From contig NC_088282.1 of the NCBI RefSeq assembly GCF_036013445.1, forward strand, positions 133,631 to 197,630: a DNA stretch of 64,000 bases, written 5' to 3'. Shown here piece by piece: positions 43,450 to 54,699 of the stretch. The number at the start of each line of letters is the position of its first letter. Position 1 is the first letter of the stretch. Source of the stretch: Caloenas nicobarica (lineage: Eukaryota). The notes beneath the pieces were generated by a model that was not told where the DNA came from, searched no databases, and saw only the letters and a list, made by a program, of their open reading frames with translations. The position numbers were made by a program, and so were the translations under genes.

Positions 43450-43980
43450 AGGGGGGAGGGGTGGGGGGAGGGGTCGGGATGGGGGAGGGGTCGGGGGAGG
43501 GGGAGGGGCTGGGGGGGAGGGGGAGAGAGGAGGGGGAGGGGCCAAGGGGGGGAGGGACCTTGAGGGGGGAGGGGTTGGGGGGGGTCAAGGGGTTGGGGGG
43601 AGGGGTCGGGGTGGGGGAGGGGTGGGGGTGGGGCCAAGGGGGGGATGGGGTGGGGGAGGGGCTGGGGGAGGGGCTGGGGATGGGGGAGGGGCCTTGGGGA
43701 GGGAGGGGGGTGGGGGAGGGGCAAAGGGGGTGGGGGGGAGGGGACTTGGGGAGGGGGTGGGGGCGGGGGTGGGGGGAGGGGCCAAGGGGGGAGGGTTTGG
43801 GGGAGGGGGGAAAGGGGAGGGGTCGGGGGTGGGGGAGGGGCCAAGGGGGAGGAGGGGTTGGGGGGAGGGGCTGGAGGTGGGGGAGGGGTTGGGGGTGTTG
43901 TCAGGGAGTGGAGGGGGGGGAGGGGTAAAAGGGAGGGGGGGGGAGGGGCAAAGGGGGTGGGGGCGGGGCCTGTGTGGCTG
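43450..43980. repeat. GGGGAGGGG-rich repeats (unit about 30-40 bp).
   Basis: gggggaggggtcggggtgggggaggggccaagggggg repeated in CDIPT intron 4. Confidence 0.7.
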
Positions 43981-43994
43981 ACCCCGCCCCCCAG

Positions 43995-44076
43995 CCGCTG
44001 CTGTTCCTGGTGTGCGCGGGGAACGAGGCGTTTTACTGCAGCCTGTACCTGCTGAGCTTCACGGAGGGACCCCCCG
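43995..44076 (+). CDS. CDIPT: CDIPT exon 5. Encodes PLLFLVCAGNEAFYCSLYLLSFTEGPP(G).
   Basis: Matches human PALFTLCAGNELFYCLLYLFHFSEGPLVG. Acceptor ccccccag at 43994, donor ccccg|gtgaga. Confidence 0.8.
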
Positions 44077-44089
44077 GTGAGAGCCGGAG

Positions 44090-45530
44090 GGGCTGGGAGG
44101 GACTGGGAGGGACTGGGATATACTGGGAAGGAACTGGGAAAGACTGGGAGGGAACTGGGATATACTGGGAGGGAACTGGGATATACTGGGAGGAGATTGG
44201 GATGGACTGGGAGGGAACTGGGAGGCACTGGGATATACTGGGAGGGAACTGGGAGGAGATTGGGATGGACTGGGAGGGACTGGGATATACTGGGAGGGAA
44301 CTGGGAGGAGATTGGGATGGACTGGGAGGGAACTGGGAGGGACTGGGATATACTGGGAGGGAACTGGGAGGAGATTGGGATGGACTGGGAGGGAACTGGG
44401 AGGGACTGGGAGGGGACTGGGAGAGACTGGGGGGGACTGGAAGGGACTGGGAGGGGACTGGGATATACTGGGAGGGGACTGGGAGAGACTGGGAGGGAAC
44501 TGGGAGGGGATTGGGATGGACTGGGAGGGAACTGGGAGGCACTGGGATATACTGGGAGGGAACTGGGAGGAGATTGGGATGGACTGGGAGGGAACTGGGA
44601 GGCACTGGGATATACTGGGAGGGAACTGGGAGGAGATTGGGATGGACTGGGAGGGAACTGGGATATACTGGGAGGGAACTGGGAGGAGATTGGGATGGAC
44701 TGGGAGGGAACTGGGAGGGACTGGGATATACTGGGAAGGACTGGGAGGGGACTGGGAGAGACTGGGGGGGACTGGAAGGGACTGGGAGGGGACTGGGATA
44801 TACTGGGAGGGGACTGGGAGGGAACTGGGAGAGACTGGGAGGGGATTGGGATGGACTGGGAGGGAACTGGGAGGCACTGGGAGGGACTGGGATATACTGG
44901 GAGGGACTGGGAGGAGATTGGGATGGATTGGGATATACTGGGAGGGACTGGGGGGAACTGGGAGGGACTGGGAGGGGACTGGGAGAGACTGGGAGGGACT
45001 GGGAGGGACTGGGATATACTGGGATGGACTTGGGGGTCAGTGGGATATACTGGGATGGAGCTGGGGGGATACTGGGATGAACTGGGGGGATACTGGGATA
45101 TACTGGGGTGGAGTTGGGGGTCAGTGGGATATACTGGGATGAACTGGGGGGATACTGGGATATACTGGGATGGACTTGGGGGGCACTGGGATGAACTGGG
45201 GGGATACTGGGATATACTGGGATGGACTTGGGGGTCACTGGGATGAACTGGGAGGATACTGGGATATACTGGGATGGACTTGGGGGTCACTGGGATGAAC
45301 TGGGGGGATACTGGGATATACTGGGATGGACTTGGGGGTCACTGGGATATACTGGGATGGAGTTGGGGGGCACTGAGATGAACTGGGGGGATACTGGGAT
45401 ATACTGGGATGGACTTGGGGGTCACTGGGATGAACTGGGATGGACTTGGGGGTCACTGGGATGAACTGGGGGGATACTGGGATATACTGGGCTGGAGTTG
45501 GGGGGATACTGGGATGAACGGGGGGATACT
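44090..45530. repeat. Satellite of about 21 bp, GGGACTGGGATATACTGGGAGGGAACT, the same family as 39300-40800.
   Basis: A direct tandem array in CDIPT intron 5. Confidence 0.9.
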
Positions 45531-45560
45531 GGTGTGAACTGGTCCGTACTGGTGTCCCAG

Positions 45561-45733
45561 TGCTCCCGGGGGGCCCGGGGCTGTTCCGGGTCGTTCTGTG
45601 GGTCGCGACCCCCACGGCCGCCCTCAAGTTCCTGCTGAACCTGCTGCAGTTGGGCGGAGCCGCCACGCGATTGGCCGCCCTGGACGCCGCTGCCAGGCGA
45701 TTGGCTGAGCCCCCCAGACCCAAAACCCAATGA
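45561..45733 (+). CDS. CDIPT: CDIPT terminal exon. Encodes (V)LPGGPGLFRVVLWVATPTAALKFLLNLLQLGGAATRLAALDAAARRLAEPPRPKTQ and the stop codon.
   Basis: Matches human SVGLFRMGLWVTAPIALLKSLISVIHLITAARNMAALDAADRAKKK. Acceptor tcccag at 45560, TGA at 45731-45733. Confidence 0.8.
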
Positions 45734-45869
45734 ATTCGCCCCAAAATACAAACCCCGTCCCCCCCACCCCGGAACCCCTGGGGAAAATCCCCAAAGCGAC
45801 CCCGAAAAGGACGCCCGATAAACGGCGCTGGTGCCCCCGCCCGCCTGGGTCCTTCGGTGTTGGCTCGTT

Positions 45870-46400
45870 AAGACCTTGGCCAATCAATGGGGGGTTAATT
45901 AGGGGTTAATTAAGAGCAAGGAGAGGCCTCCCGAATATCTAGACCCCATAACTACCAATGTCATGGAGACACGATGACCTTGAACCCCATGGACACCCAA
46001 CAACCCCTTGAGATGTTTCTTCACCACTGACTCGTCAAGACCTTGGCCAATCAATGGGGGGTTAATTAGGGGTTAATTAAGAGCGGGGAGGGGCCTCCCG
46101 ACCTTCTAGACCCCATAACTACCAATGTCATGGAGACACGATGACCTTGAACCCCATGGACACCCAATAACCCCTTGAGATGTTTCTTCACCATTGACTC
46201 ATCAAGACCTTGGCCAATCAATGGGGGGTTAATTAGGGGTTAATTAAGAGCGGGGAGGGGCCTCCCGACCTTCTAGACCCCATAACTACCAATGTCATGG
46301 AGACACGAAGACCGTGAACCCCATGGACACCCAACAACCACCAACCCCTTGAGATGTTTCTCCACCATTGACTCGTTAAGACCTTGGCCAATCAAGAAGG
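45870..46400. repeat. Tandem repeat of about 180 bp, 3 copies. Each copy carries a CCAAT box and two TTAATTAG motifs.
   Basis: tcgttaagaccttggccaatcaatggggggttaattaggggttaattaagagcggggagggg...catggacacccaacaaccccttgagatgtttcttcaccattgac repeated. It lies between the convergent CDIPT and MFAP4 3' ends. Confidence 0.85.
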
Positions 46401-46446
46401 GGGTTTAATTGCGTGCACGGGGGAGGGGCGAGGAGGGGGAGGGGCC

Positions 46447-46694
46447 TCAGAGCCGCCGGATCTTCATCTCGCTCTTCTTGAGCGAGTAGTAGAAGCCCTT
46501 CCACTGGGCCCAGTTGATGCCGTTGGCGTAGGAGAGGTGGGCGCCCCCCAGGTAGAAGCCGTTGAGGTTGGAGAAGTGGCAGCTCTTGAACCACCAGGCG
46601 CCCGAGGAGAGGGCGGCGCAGTTCTGCACGTACAGGTCCTGGTCGCGGTCGAACGTGGAGAATTTCTGCCCGTTGTGGTAGCTCAGGGAGTCGC
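46447..46694 (-). CDS. MFAP4: MFAP4 terminal exon (fibrinogen C-terminal domain). Encodes (G)[81 protein letters not shown] and the stop codon.
   Basis: Near-identical to human MFAP4 [81 protein letters not shown]. The stop codon (reverse complement TGA) begins at 46447. Confidence 0.9.
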
Positions 46695-46699
46695 CTGGG

Positions 46700-49330
46700 G
46701 GGGGGGGGGGGTTGGGGACATCACGGGGGGGGCGGCGGCGCCGCTGTGGACCTGGGGTCCCCACATCGTGGGCAACGTTGACCTGTTGTCCCCTCCGTTG
46801 ACCTGGGGTCCCCTCCCCATGGTCCATGTTGACCTGGGGTCCCTTCTATTGACCTGGGGTCTCCATTGACCTGGGGTCCCCTTCCCATGGTCCACGTTGA
46901 CCTGGGGTCTCCATTGACCTGGGGTCTCCTTCCCATGGTCTATGTTGACCTGTTGTCCCCTCCATTGACCTGGAGTACCCTCCCCATGGTCCATGTTGAC
47001 CTGGGGTCTCCATTGATCTGTTGTCCCCTCCATTGACCTGTTGTCCCCTCCATTGACCTGGGGTCCCCTCCCCATGGTCCATGTTGACCTGGGGTCTATA
47101 TTGACCTGGGGTCTCCGTTGACCTGGGGTCCCCTTCCCATGGTCTACGTTGACCTGTCGTCCCCTCAGTTGACCTGGGGTCCCCTCCCCATGGTCTATGT
47201 TGACCTGGGGTCTCCATTGACCTGGGGTCCCCTTCCCATGGTCTCGTTGACCTGTTGTCCCCTCTGTTGACCTGGGGTCCGCTCCCCGTGGTCCATGTTG
47301 ACCTGGGGTCTCCATTGATCTGTTGTCCCCTCCATTGACCTGTTGTCCCCTCCATTGACCTGGGGTCCCCTTCCCATGGTCTACGTTGACCTGTTGTCCC
47401 CTCCGTTGACCTGGGGTCCCCTCCCCATGGTCTATGTTGACCTGGGGTCTCCATTGACCTGTTGTCCCCTCCATTGACCTGGGGTCCCCTCCCCATGGTC
47501 CATGTTGACCTGGGGTCCCTTCTATTGACCTGGGGTCTCCATTGACCTGGGGTCCCCTTCCCATGGTCCACGTTGACCTGGGGTCTCCATTGACCTGGGG
47601 TCTCCATTGACCTGGGGTCTCCTTCCCATGGTCTATGTTGACCTGTTGTCCCCTCCGTTGACCTGGGGTCCCCTCCCCATGGTCCATGTTGACCTGGGGT
47701 CTCCATTGACCTGTTGTCCCCTCCATTGACCTGGAGTCCCCTTCCCATGGTCTACGTTGACCTGTTGTCCCCTCTGCTGACCTGGGGTCCCCTCCCCATG
47801 GTCCATGTCGACCTGGGGTCCCCTCCATTGACCTGGGGTCTCCTCCCCGTGGTCCATGTTGACCTGGGGTCTCCATTGACCTGTTGTCCCCTCCATTGAC
47901 CTGGGGTCCCCTTCCCATGGTCCATGTTGACCTGGGGTCTCCATTGACCTGGGGTCTCCATTGACCTGGGGTCCCCTTCCCATGGTCTACGTTGACCTGT
48001 TGTCCCCTCCGTTGACCTGGGGTCCCCTCCCCATGGTCCATGTTGACCTGGGGTCCCTTCTATTGACCTGGGGTCTCCATTGACCTGGGGTCCCCTTCCC
48101 ATGGTCTACGTTGACCTGGGGTCCCTTCTATTGACCTGGGGTCTCCATTGACCTGGGGTCCCCTTCCCATGGTCTATGTTGACCTGTTGTCCCCTCCATT
48201 GACCTGGGGTCCGCTCCCCGTGGTCCATGTTGACCTGGGGTCTCCATTGACCTGTTGTCCCCTCCATTGACCTGGGGTCCCCTTCCCATGGTCCATGTTG
48301 ACCTGGGGTCTCCATTGACCTGGGGTCCCCTTCCCATGGTCTCGTTGACCTGTTGTCCCCTCCATTGACCTGGGGTCCCCTCCCCATGGTCCATGTTGAC
48401 CTGGGGTCTCCATTGACCTGGGGTCCCCTCCTCATGGTCCACAGTGACCTGGTGTCCCCCCATCATTGTCTACGTTCACCTGGGGTCCCCCCACCTCGTC
48501 CCCATGCCCAGTGTTGACCCATTGACCCCCCATGGCCAACGTTGACTTCGTGACCCCTCCCCATGGCCAATCTTGACTTGGTGTCCCCTCCCCATGCCCC
48601 CCATTGACCCCTTGACCCCCCATGGCCAACGTTGACCCCTTGACCCCCCATTGACCCATTGACCCTTCCCCATGCCCCCCATTGACCCCTTGCCCCCCAT
48701 GGCCAATGTTGACCCATTGACCCCTCCCCATGCCCCCCATTGACCCCCCATGGCCAATATTGACTTGGTGTCCCCTCCCCACATCCCCCATTGACCCATT
48801 GACCCCCCATGGCCAACGTTGACTTCATGACCCCTCCCCAAGCCCCACATTGACCCCCCATGGCCAACGTTGCCCCATTGACCCCCCATGGCCAACGTTG
48901 ACCCATTGACCCCCCATGGCCAACGTTGCCCCATTGACCCCCCATGGCCAACGTTGCCCCATTGACCCCCCATGGCCAACGTTGACTTCATGACCCCTCC
49001 CCACGCCCCCCATGCCAATATTGACTTGGTGTCCCCTCCCCATTGACCCATTGACCCCCCATGGCCAACGTTGACTTCATGACCCCTCCCCAAGCCCCAC
49101 ATTGACCCATTGACCCCCCATGGCCAACGTTGCCCCATTGACCCCCCATGGCCAACGTTGACTTCATGACCCCTCCCCAAGCCCCACATTGACCCATTGA
49201 CCCCCCATGGCCAACGTTGACTTCATGACCCCTCCCCAAGCCCCACATTGACCCCCCATGGCCAACGTTGCCCCATTGACCCCCCCATGGCCAACGCTGA
49301 CTTCATGACCCTTCCCCACGCCCCCCATTG
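46700..49330. repeat. Two adjacent satellites. A unit of about 60 bp, GACCTGGGGTCTCCATTGACCTGGGGTCCCCTTCCCATGGTC, runs 46700-48450. CCCCATGGCCAACGTTGACCCATTGA units run 48450-49330.
   Basis: Direct tandem arrays fill the last MFAP4 intron. Confidence 0.85.
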
Positions 49331-49399
49331 ACCCATTGCCCCCCACGCCCCAACGTTGCCCCACGGACCCCTCCGTGGGGCGCCCCCCCGCGCTCTCAC

Positions 49400-49582
49400 C
49401 GGCGCCCCCGTCCACGAAGCCCCCCACGTGCAGGGTGTATCCGTCCTCCTCGGCGCTGACCGCGTGGGGCGAGAGCGCGAAGCTGCCGTAGGTGGCGGCC
49501 GCCGTGTTGTTCTCGAAGTCCTCGAGCTCCACGCGCAGCTCGTAGCGGCCCTGCAGCGTCAGCAGGTGCAGCGTCTGCAGCC
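49400..49582 (-). CDS. MFAP4: MFAP4 exon. Encodes (G)LQTLHLLTLQGRYELRVELEDFENNTAAATYGSFALSPHAVSAEEDGYTLHVGGFVDGGA(G).
   Basis: Matches human LQNMHLLTLKQKYELRVDLEDFENNTAYAKYADFSISPNAVSAEEDGYTLFVAGFEDGGAG. Acceptor ccccccag, donor gccg|gtgaga on the minus strand. Confidence 0.9.
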
Positions 49583-49599
49583 CTGGGGGGCACAGCGGG

Positions 49600-50250
49600 G
49601 CGGATGTGGGGCGGGGTGTGGGGCAAATGGGGCGGGATGTGGGGCAGGACGTGGGGCACGGTGGGGTGGGATTTCGGGCAGGATCTGGGCACGATGCGGG
49701 GCAGATAGGGTAGGATGGGGGGCGGGATGTGGGGTGGGGTTTGGGGCACAGTGGGGTGGGATGTGGGGCACAATGTGGGGTGGGATGTGGGGCAAGCGGG
49801 GCAGGATGTGGGGCGGGGTGTGGGGCAGAAATGGGGCACAGTGGGGCACAAATGGGGCGCAGTGGGGCGGGATGTGGGGTACAAAGTGGGGTGCGGTGGG
49901 GTGGGATTTCAGGCAGGATCTGGGGCAACGTGTGGGTGGGATGTGGGGTAGATGTGGGGCAGGATGTGGGGCAGGATTTGGGGTACCACATGGGTGGGAT
50001 GTGGGGCATAATGTGGGGTGGGATTTGGGGCAAATGGGGCGGGATGTGGGGCAGGATTTGGGGTCTACGACGGGGCGCAGTGGGGCAGGCGCTGGGGCAT
50101 GGAGGGGGGGATGTGGGGCAGGATCTATGGGGCAGCTTATGGGGCAGAACCGAGGAGACAAAACCCCCCGAAGCAACAGGAGCTGCTGCAAACCCAGGAC
50201 TGGGGAGGGGAGTGGGAGCAACTGGGGGCTACTGGGGCGTAACTGGGGGC
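49600..50250. repeat. GGGGCAGGATGTGGGGCGGGGTGTGGGGCA-type G-rich repeats.
   Basis: A direct tandem array in an MFAP4 intron. Confidence 0.75.
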
Positions 50251-50290
50251 TACTGGTTTATACTGGGAGGGCCCGTTGCTCGTTGCTCAC

Positions 50291-50387
50291 CCAGCCAGTA
50301 CTCGCCGTCGGCGCGCCCGAAGCCCTGCTTGTAATCGTTCCAGCCCCGGAAAAAACTGACGGATCCGTTAAATCGCTTCTGAAAAAC
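50291..50387 (-). CDS. MFAP4: MFAP4 exon. Encodes [32 protein letters not shown](G).
   Basis: Identical to human [33 protein letters not shown] apart from one residue. Acceptor aaattcag, donor ctgg|gtgagc on the minus strand. Confidence 0.9.
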
Positions 50388-50399
50388 CTGAATTTGTGG

Positions 50400-51060
50400 G
50401 GAAGGGGTTGGGGGGATCCCTCCCCGAACTCCTGGGTCCCTCCCCGAACTCCTGGGTCCCTCCTCGAACTCCTGGGTCCCACCCGGATGCCTGGGTCCCT
50501 CCTCGAACTCCTGGGTCCCTCCCCGAACGCCTGGGTCCCACCCGGATGCCTGGGTCCCTCCTCGAACTCCTGGGTCCCTCCCCGCACTCCTGGGTCCCTC
50601 CCGGATGCCTGGGTCCCCCCTAAAACTCCCGGATTCCCCCCTGAAATTAGTGGGTCTCCCAGGGAGACCAGGTCTATCCCGGACCCACCCGGGGCCACCA
50701 GGTCTACTCAGGATCCCCAGGGCCACCAGGTCTACCCTGCACTCAGCCCTCCTGGGTCCCTCCAGCACTCCTGTGTTCTTCCCCGCATTCCTGGGTCCCT
50801 CCGCCCTACTGGGTCCCTCCCGCACTCCTGGGTCCCCCCGCAAACTCCCGGGTCCCCCCTGAACGCTTAGATCCCACAGGGAGACCAGGTCTACCCAGGA
50901 CCCGCCCAGAGCCACTAGGTCTACCCAGGACCCTCCCAGAGCCACCAGGTCTACCCAGGATCCCCAGGGCCACCAGGTCTATCCCGCACTCTGGTCCCTC
51001 CCGCACTCCTGGGTCCCCCCGCACTCCTGGGTCCCCCCCCGCACTCCTGGGTCCCCGGTA
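50400..51060. repeat. 20-bp minisatellite of the CGAACTCCTGGGTCCCTCCC / GGACGCCTGGGTCCC family.
   Basis: The same family as 6240-7135 and 24400-25060. Confidence 0.85.
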
Positions 51061-51061
51061 C

Positions 51062-51222
51062 CGTCCAGACGTGTCCCAGGGTGCTCATGTCGCAGAACAC
51101 GGGCAGCGGGGCCGCCCCCGCGCCCCCCGGGTACACCAGGTAGACGCCGTCGCCGCGTCCCCCCCCCGCGTGGATGTCGTGACAGTCGCGGGGGGGCGGG
51201 GGGACCTCGCAGGGGGGAGGGG
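51062..51222 (-). CDS. MFAP4: MFAP4 exon. Encodes ...PPCEVPPPPRDCHDIHAGGGRGDGVYLVYPGGAGAAPLPVFCDMSTLGHVWT.
   Basis: Matches human MFAP4 PLDCDDIYAQGYQSDGVYLIYPSGPSVPVPVFCDMTTEGGKWT. It contains an RGD. Acceptor tgtccccag, donor acg|gtaccg on the minus strand. Confidence 0.75.
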
Positions 51223-51239
51223 CTGGGGACAGGGACAGG

Positions 51240-52100
51240 GGGAGGGGGGACTTGGGGGGGTTGTCCCCAGTGTCCCCGTCCCATTGTCCCCATTGTCCCA
51301 TTATCCCCTTATCCCATTATCCCATTATCCCATTGTCCCCATTGTCCCATTCTCCCATTATCCCCATTATCCCATTGTCCCCATTATCCCATTGTCCCCA
51401 TTGTCCCCTTATCCCATTATCCCCATTATCCCATTGTCGCCATTATCCCCATTATCCCATTATCCCATTGTCCCATTGTCCCATTGTCCCCATCATCCCG
51501 TTATCCCCATTATCCCATTGTCCCCATTATCCCATTGTCCCCGTTGTCCCCTTATCCCATTATCTCATTATCTCATTATCCCATTGTCCCATTGTCCCAT
51601 TATCCCATTATCTCATTATCCCATTCTCCCATTATCCCCATTATCCCATTATCCCCATTACCCCATCGTCCCCATTGTCCCATTGTCCCCATTTTCCCAT
51701 TTTCCCGTTATCCCCATTGTCCCCATTGTCCCATTGTCCCCATTACCCCATTATCTCATTATCTATCTCGTTATCCCATTATCCCATTGTCCCATTATCC
51801 CATTATCTCATTATCCCATTATCCCCATTGTCCCCATTATCCCATTGTCCCATTGTCCCCATTTTCCCATTTTCCCGTTATCCCCATTACCCCATTATCC
51901 CATTATCTCATTATCCCGTTATCCCATTATCCCATTGTCCCATTATCCCATTATCTCACTATCCCATTATCCCCATTATCCCATTGTCCCCCCGTCCGTG
52001 TGTCCGTGTGTCCGTGTGTCCGTGTGTCCGTGTGTCCGTGTGTCCGTGTCCGTGTGTCCGTGTGTCCGTGTGTCCGTGTGTCCGTGTGTCCGTGTCCGTG
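51240..52100. repeat. 9-bp CCCATTATC/CCCATTGTC satellite, then a (CCGTGTGT)n microsatellite.
   Basis: The first part is the same family as 26700-27950. (tccgtgtg)n runs 51985-52100. Confidence 0.85.
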
Positions 52101-52116
52101 TGTCCGTGTGTCTCAC

Positions 52117-52185
52117 CTCGGGGGGCGATCGGCTGCCCCCGTCCCAGCGTCCCCAGTGTCCCCAGCGCCAGCAGCACCCACAGTG
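52117..52185 (-). CDS. MFAP4: Putative MFAP4 signal-peptide exon. Encodes ...ALWVLLALGTLGTLGRGQPIAPR. The 5' limit and start codon are unresolved.
   Basis: A hydrophobic signal-like segment ends at the donor cgag|gtgaga on the minus strand at 52115-52116. It is in phase with the next exon. No in-frame ATG lies directly upstream. Confidence 0.35.
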
Positions 52186-52199
52186 CCTGGGGACGGGGG

Positions 52200-53340
52200 G
52201 CACGGTCCCTATAGGATCCATAGGGGGGTCCCTATAGGATCCATAGGAGGGTCCCAGGTCCCTATAGGATCCATGGGGGGGGTCCCAGGTCCCTATAGGA
52301 TCCATAGGGGGGTCCCTATAGGATCCATAGGAGGGTCCCAGGTCCCTATAGGATCCATGGGGGGGGTCCCAGGTCCCTATAGGATCCATAGGGGGGTCCC
52401 TATAGGACCCATGGGGGGGTCCCAGGTCCCTATAGGATCCACGGGGGGTCCCTATAGGATCCATAGAGGGAAGGTCCCAGGTCCCTATAGGATCCATAGG
52501 GGGGTCCCTATAGGATCCATGGGGGGGGTCCCAGGTCCCTATAGGATCCATAGGAGGGTCCCTATAGGATCCATGGGGGGGGTCCCAGGTCCCTATAGAA
52601 TCCATGGGGGGGAGGTCCCAGGTCCCTATAAGATCCATGGGGGGTTCTCGGGTCCCTATAGGATCCACAGGAGGGTCCCTATAGGATCCATAGGGGCTCC
52701 CAGGTCCCTATAGGATCCATGGGGGGGGTCCCAGGTCCCTATAGGATCCATAGGAGGGTCCCTATAGGATCCATAGGGGCTCCCAGGTCCCTATAGGATC
52801 CATGGGGGGGGTCCCAGGTCCCTATAGGATCCATAGGAGGGTCCCTATAGGATCCATGGGGGGGTCCCGATAAGACCCACGAGGGGCAATTCGGTCCCTA
52901 TAGGATCCATAGGGGGGTCGGTTTGATCCCTATAGGATCCGTGGGGGGATCTGGTGGTCCCTATATGATCCATAGAGGGGGTCTCAGGTCCCTATAGGAC
53001 CCATGGGGGGGGCTCAGGTCCCTATAGGATCCATAGGAGGGTCCCTATAGAATCTATGGGGGGGGGGTCCCAGGCCCCTATAGGATCCACGGGGGGTCCC
53101 TATAGGATCCGTGGGGGCGGTCCCAGGTCCCTATAGGATCCATAGGAGGGTCCCTATAGAATCCATGGGGGGGGGGGTCCCAGGTCCCTATAGGATCCAT
53201 AGGGGGGTCCCTATGGGATCCAGGGGGGGTCCCAGGTCCCTATAGGATCCATAGGGGGTTCTCGGGTCCCTATAGGATCCATAGGAGGGTCCCTATAGGA
53301 TCCAGAGGGGGGGTCCCAGGTCCCTATAGGATCCAGGGGG
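52200..53340. repeat. GGTCCCTATAGGATCCATAGGGG minisatellite with units of 21-35 bp.
   Basis: A direct tandem array upstream of MFAP4. Confidence 0.9.
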
Positions 53341-53639
53341 GTCCCTATGGGATCCCCGGGCCCCCGCGTCCGTCCGTCCGTCCGGCCGCCCTACCTCCGT
53401 CCGTCCGTCCATGGCGCCGCCGCCGCCGCCCCCCGCCCCTCCCCCACCCCGGGGGGGCCCCGCCGAGGGGGGAGGGGGCGCCCGGACGCCTGGGTCCCTT
53501 CCCGGACGCCTGGGTCCCTTCCCGGACGCCTGGGTTCCCCCGGCGGCGGGAGGCCCCGATGGGGGAAACGGCCTCGAAACGAGGGCTCTACGGGCAATTT
53601 GGGGGGGTTTGGGGGAAAAACGCCCGAAATTTGGGGTTC

Positions 53640-54360
53640 TATAGGGGAAACGCCCCGAATTTGGGGTTTTTAGAGTAAATTATGTTTGTTTTATACATTT
53701 TAGTGCTTATATGTCGTGTTTTTAAGGCTTAATCGGGGGATTTTGTGAGGAAAAGAGCCCGAAATCGGCGTTTCTATAGGGGAAACGCCCTGAATTTTGG
53801 GGTTTTTAGAGTAAATTATGTTTATTTTAAACATTTTAGTGCTTATATATTGTGTTTTTAAGGCTTAATCGGGAATTTTATAGGGAAAAGAGCCCGAAAT
53901 CGGCGTTTCTATAGGGGAAACGCCCTGAATTTGGGGTTTTTAGAGCAGATTATAGTTATTTTATAAATTTTATCCCTTATATATTGTGGTTTTAAGGCTT
54001 AATCGGGGGATTTTGTGAGGAAAAGAGCCCGAAATCGGCGTTTCTATAGGGGAAACGCCCTGAATTTGGGGTTTTTAGACCAGATTGTAGTTATTTTATA
54101 TATTTTAGTGATTATATATTGTGTTTTTAAAGCTTAATCAGGGGATTTTGTGAGGAAAAGAGCCCGAAATCGGCGTTTCTATAGGGGAAACGCCTTAAAT
54201 TTGGGGTTTTTAGAGCGGATTATATTTGTTTTATATATTTTAGTGATTATATATTGTGTTTTTAAGGCTTAATCGGGGGATTTTATAGGGAAAAGAGCCC
54301 GAAATCGGCGTTTCTATAGGGGAAACGCCTTAAATTTGGGGGTTTCTATAGGGAGAAGTT
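53640..54360. repeat. AT-rich tandem repeat of about 125 bp, about 6 copies.
   Basis: ggggtttttagagtaaattatgtttgttttatacattttagtgcttatatgtcgtgtttttaaggcttaatcgggggattttgtgaggaaaagagcccgaaatcggcgtttctataggggaaacgccc repeated. Confidence 0.85.
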
Positions 54361-54699
54361 GCTGCAATCTGTATTTTTATAGGGGTTTATCCGAATTATT
54401 TCTCCTAATTTAGGCTAAAACCCCCTAATTTCGCCGCTTTCTGGGAAATACCCCTTTAAATCTACTGTACCTCTGGGTAATACACCCTGGGAAGCGCTTA
54501 TATTTAACCGATATACCTTAAATTTGGGGTTTCTATAGGGGAGACGCCCTGAACTGTGGTGCCTGCGCGGGGTTGTGGCCACAACTTCGCTCCCTACGGC
54601 GAATATACCTTTAAATTTGCCTGGCTATAGGTCCAGGCCTTACCTCCGCCCCCTATTTATACGTAGTTTTAAAAATATGAAGTTTTATAGTCTTTTATA

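Noticed and set aside
53340-53640. Small GC-rich ORF (MAPPPPPPAPPPPRGGPAEGGGG...) between MFAP4 and SRRM2.
   Set aside because: It is low-complexity and is flanked by GGACGCCTGGGTCCC repeat copies. It has no splice or similarity support.
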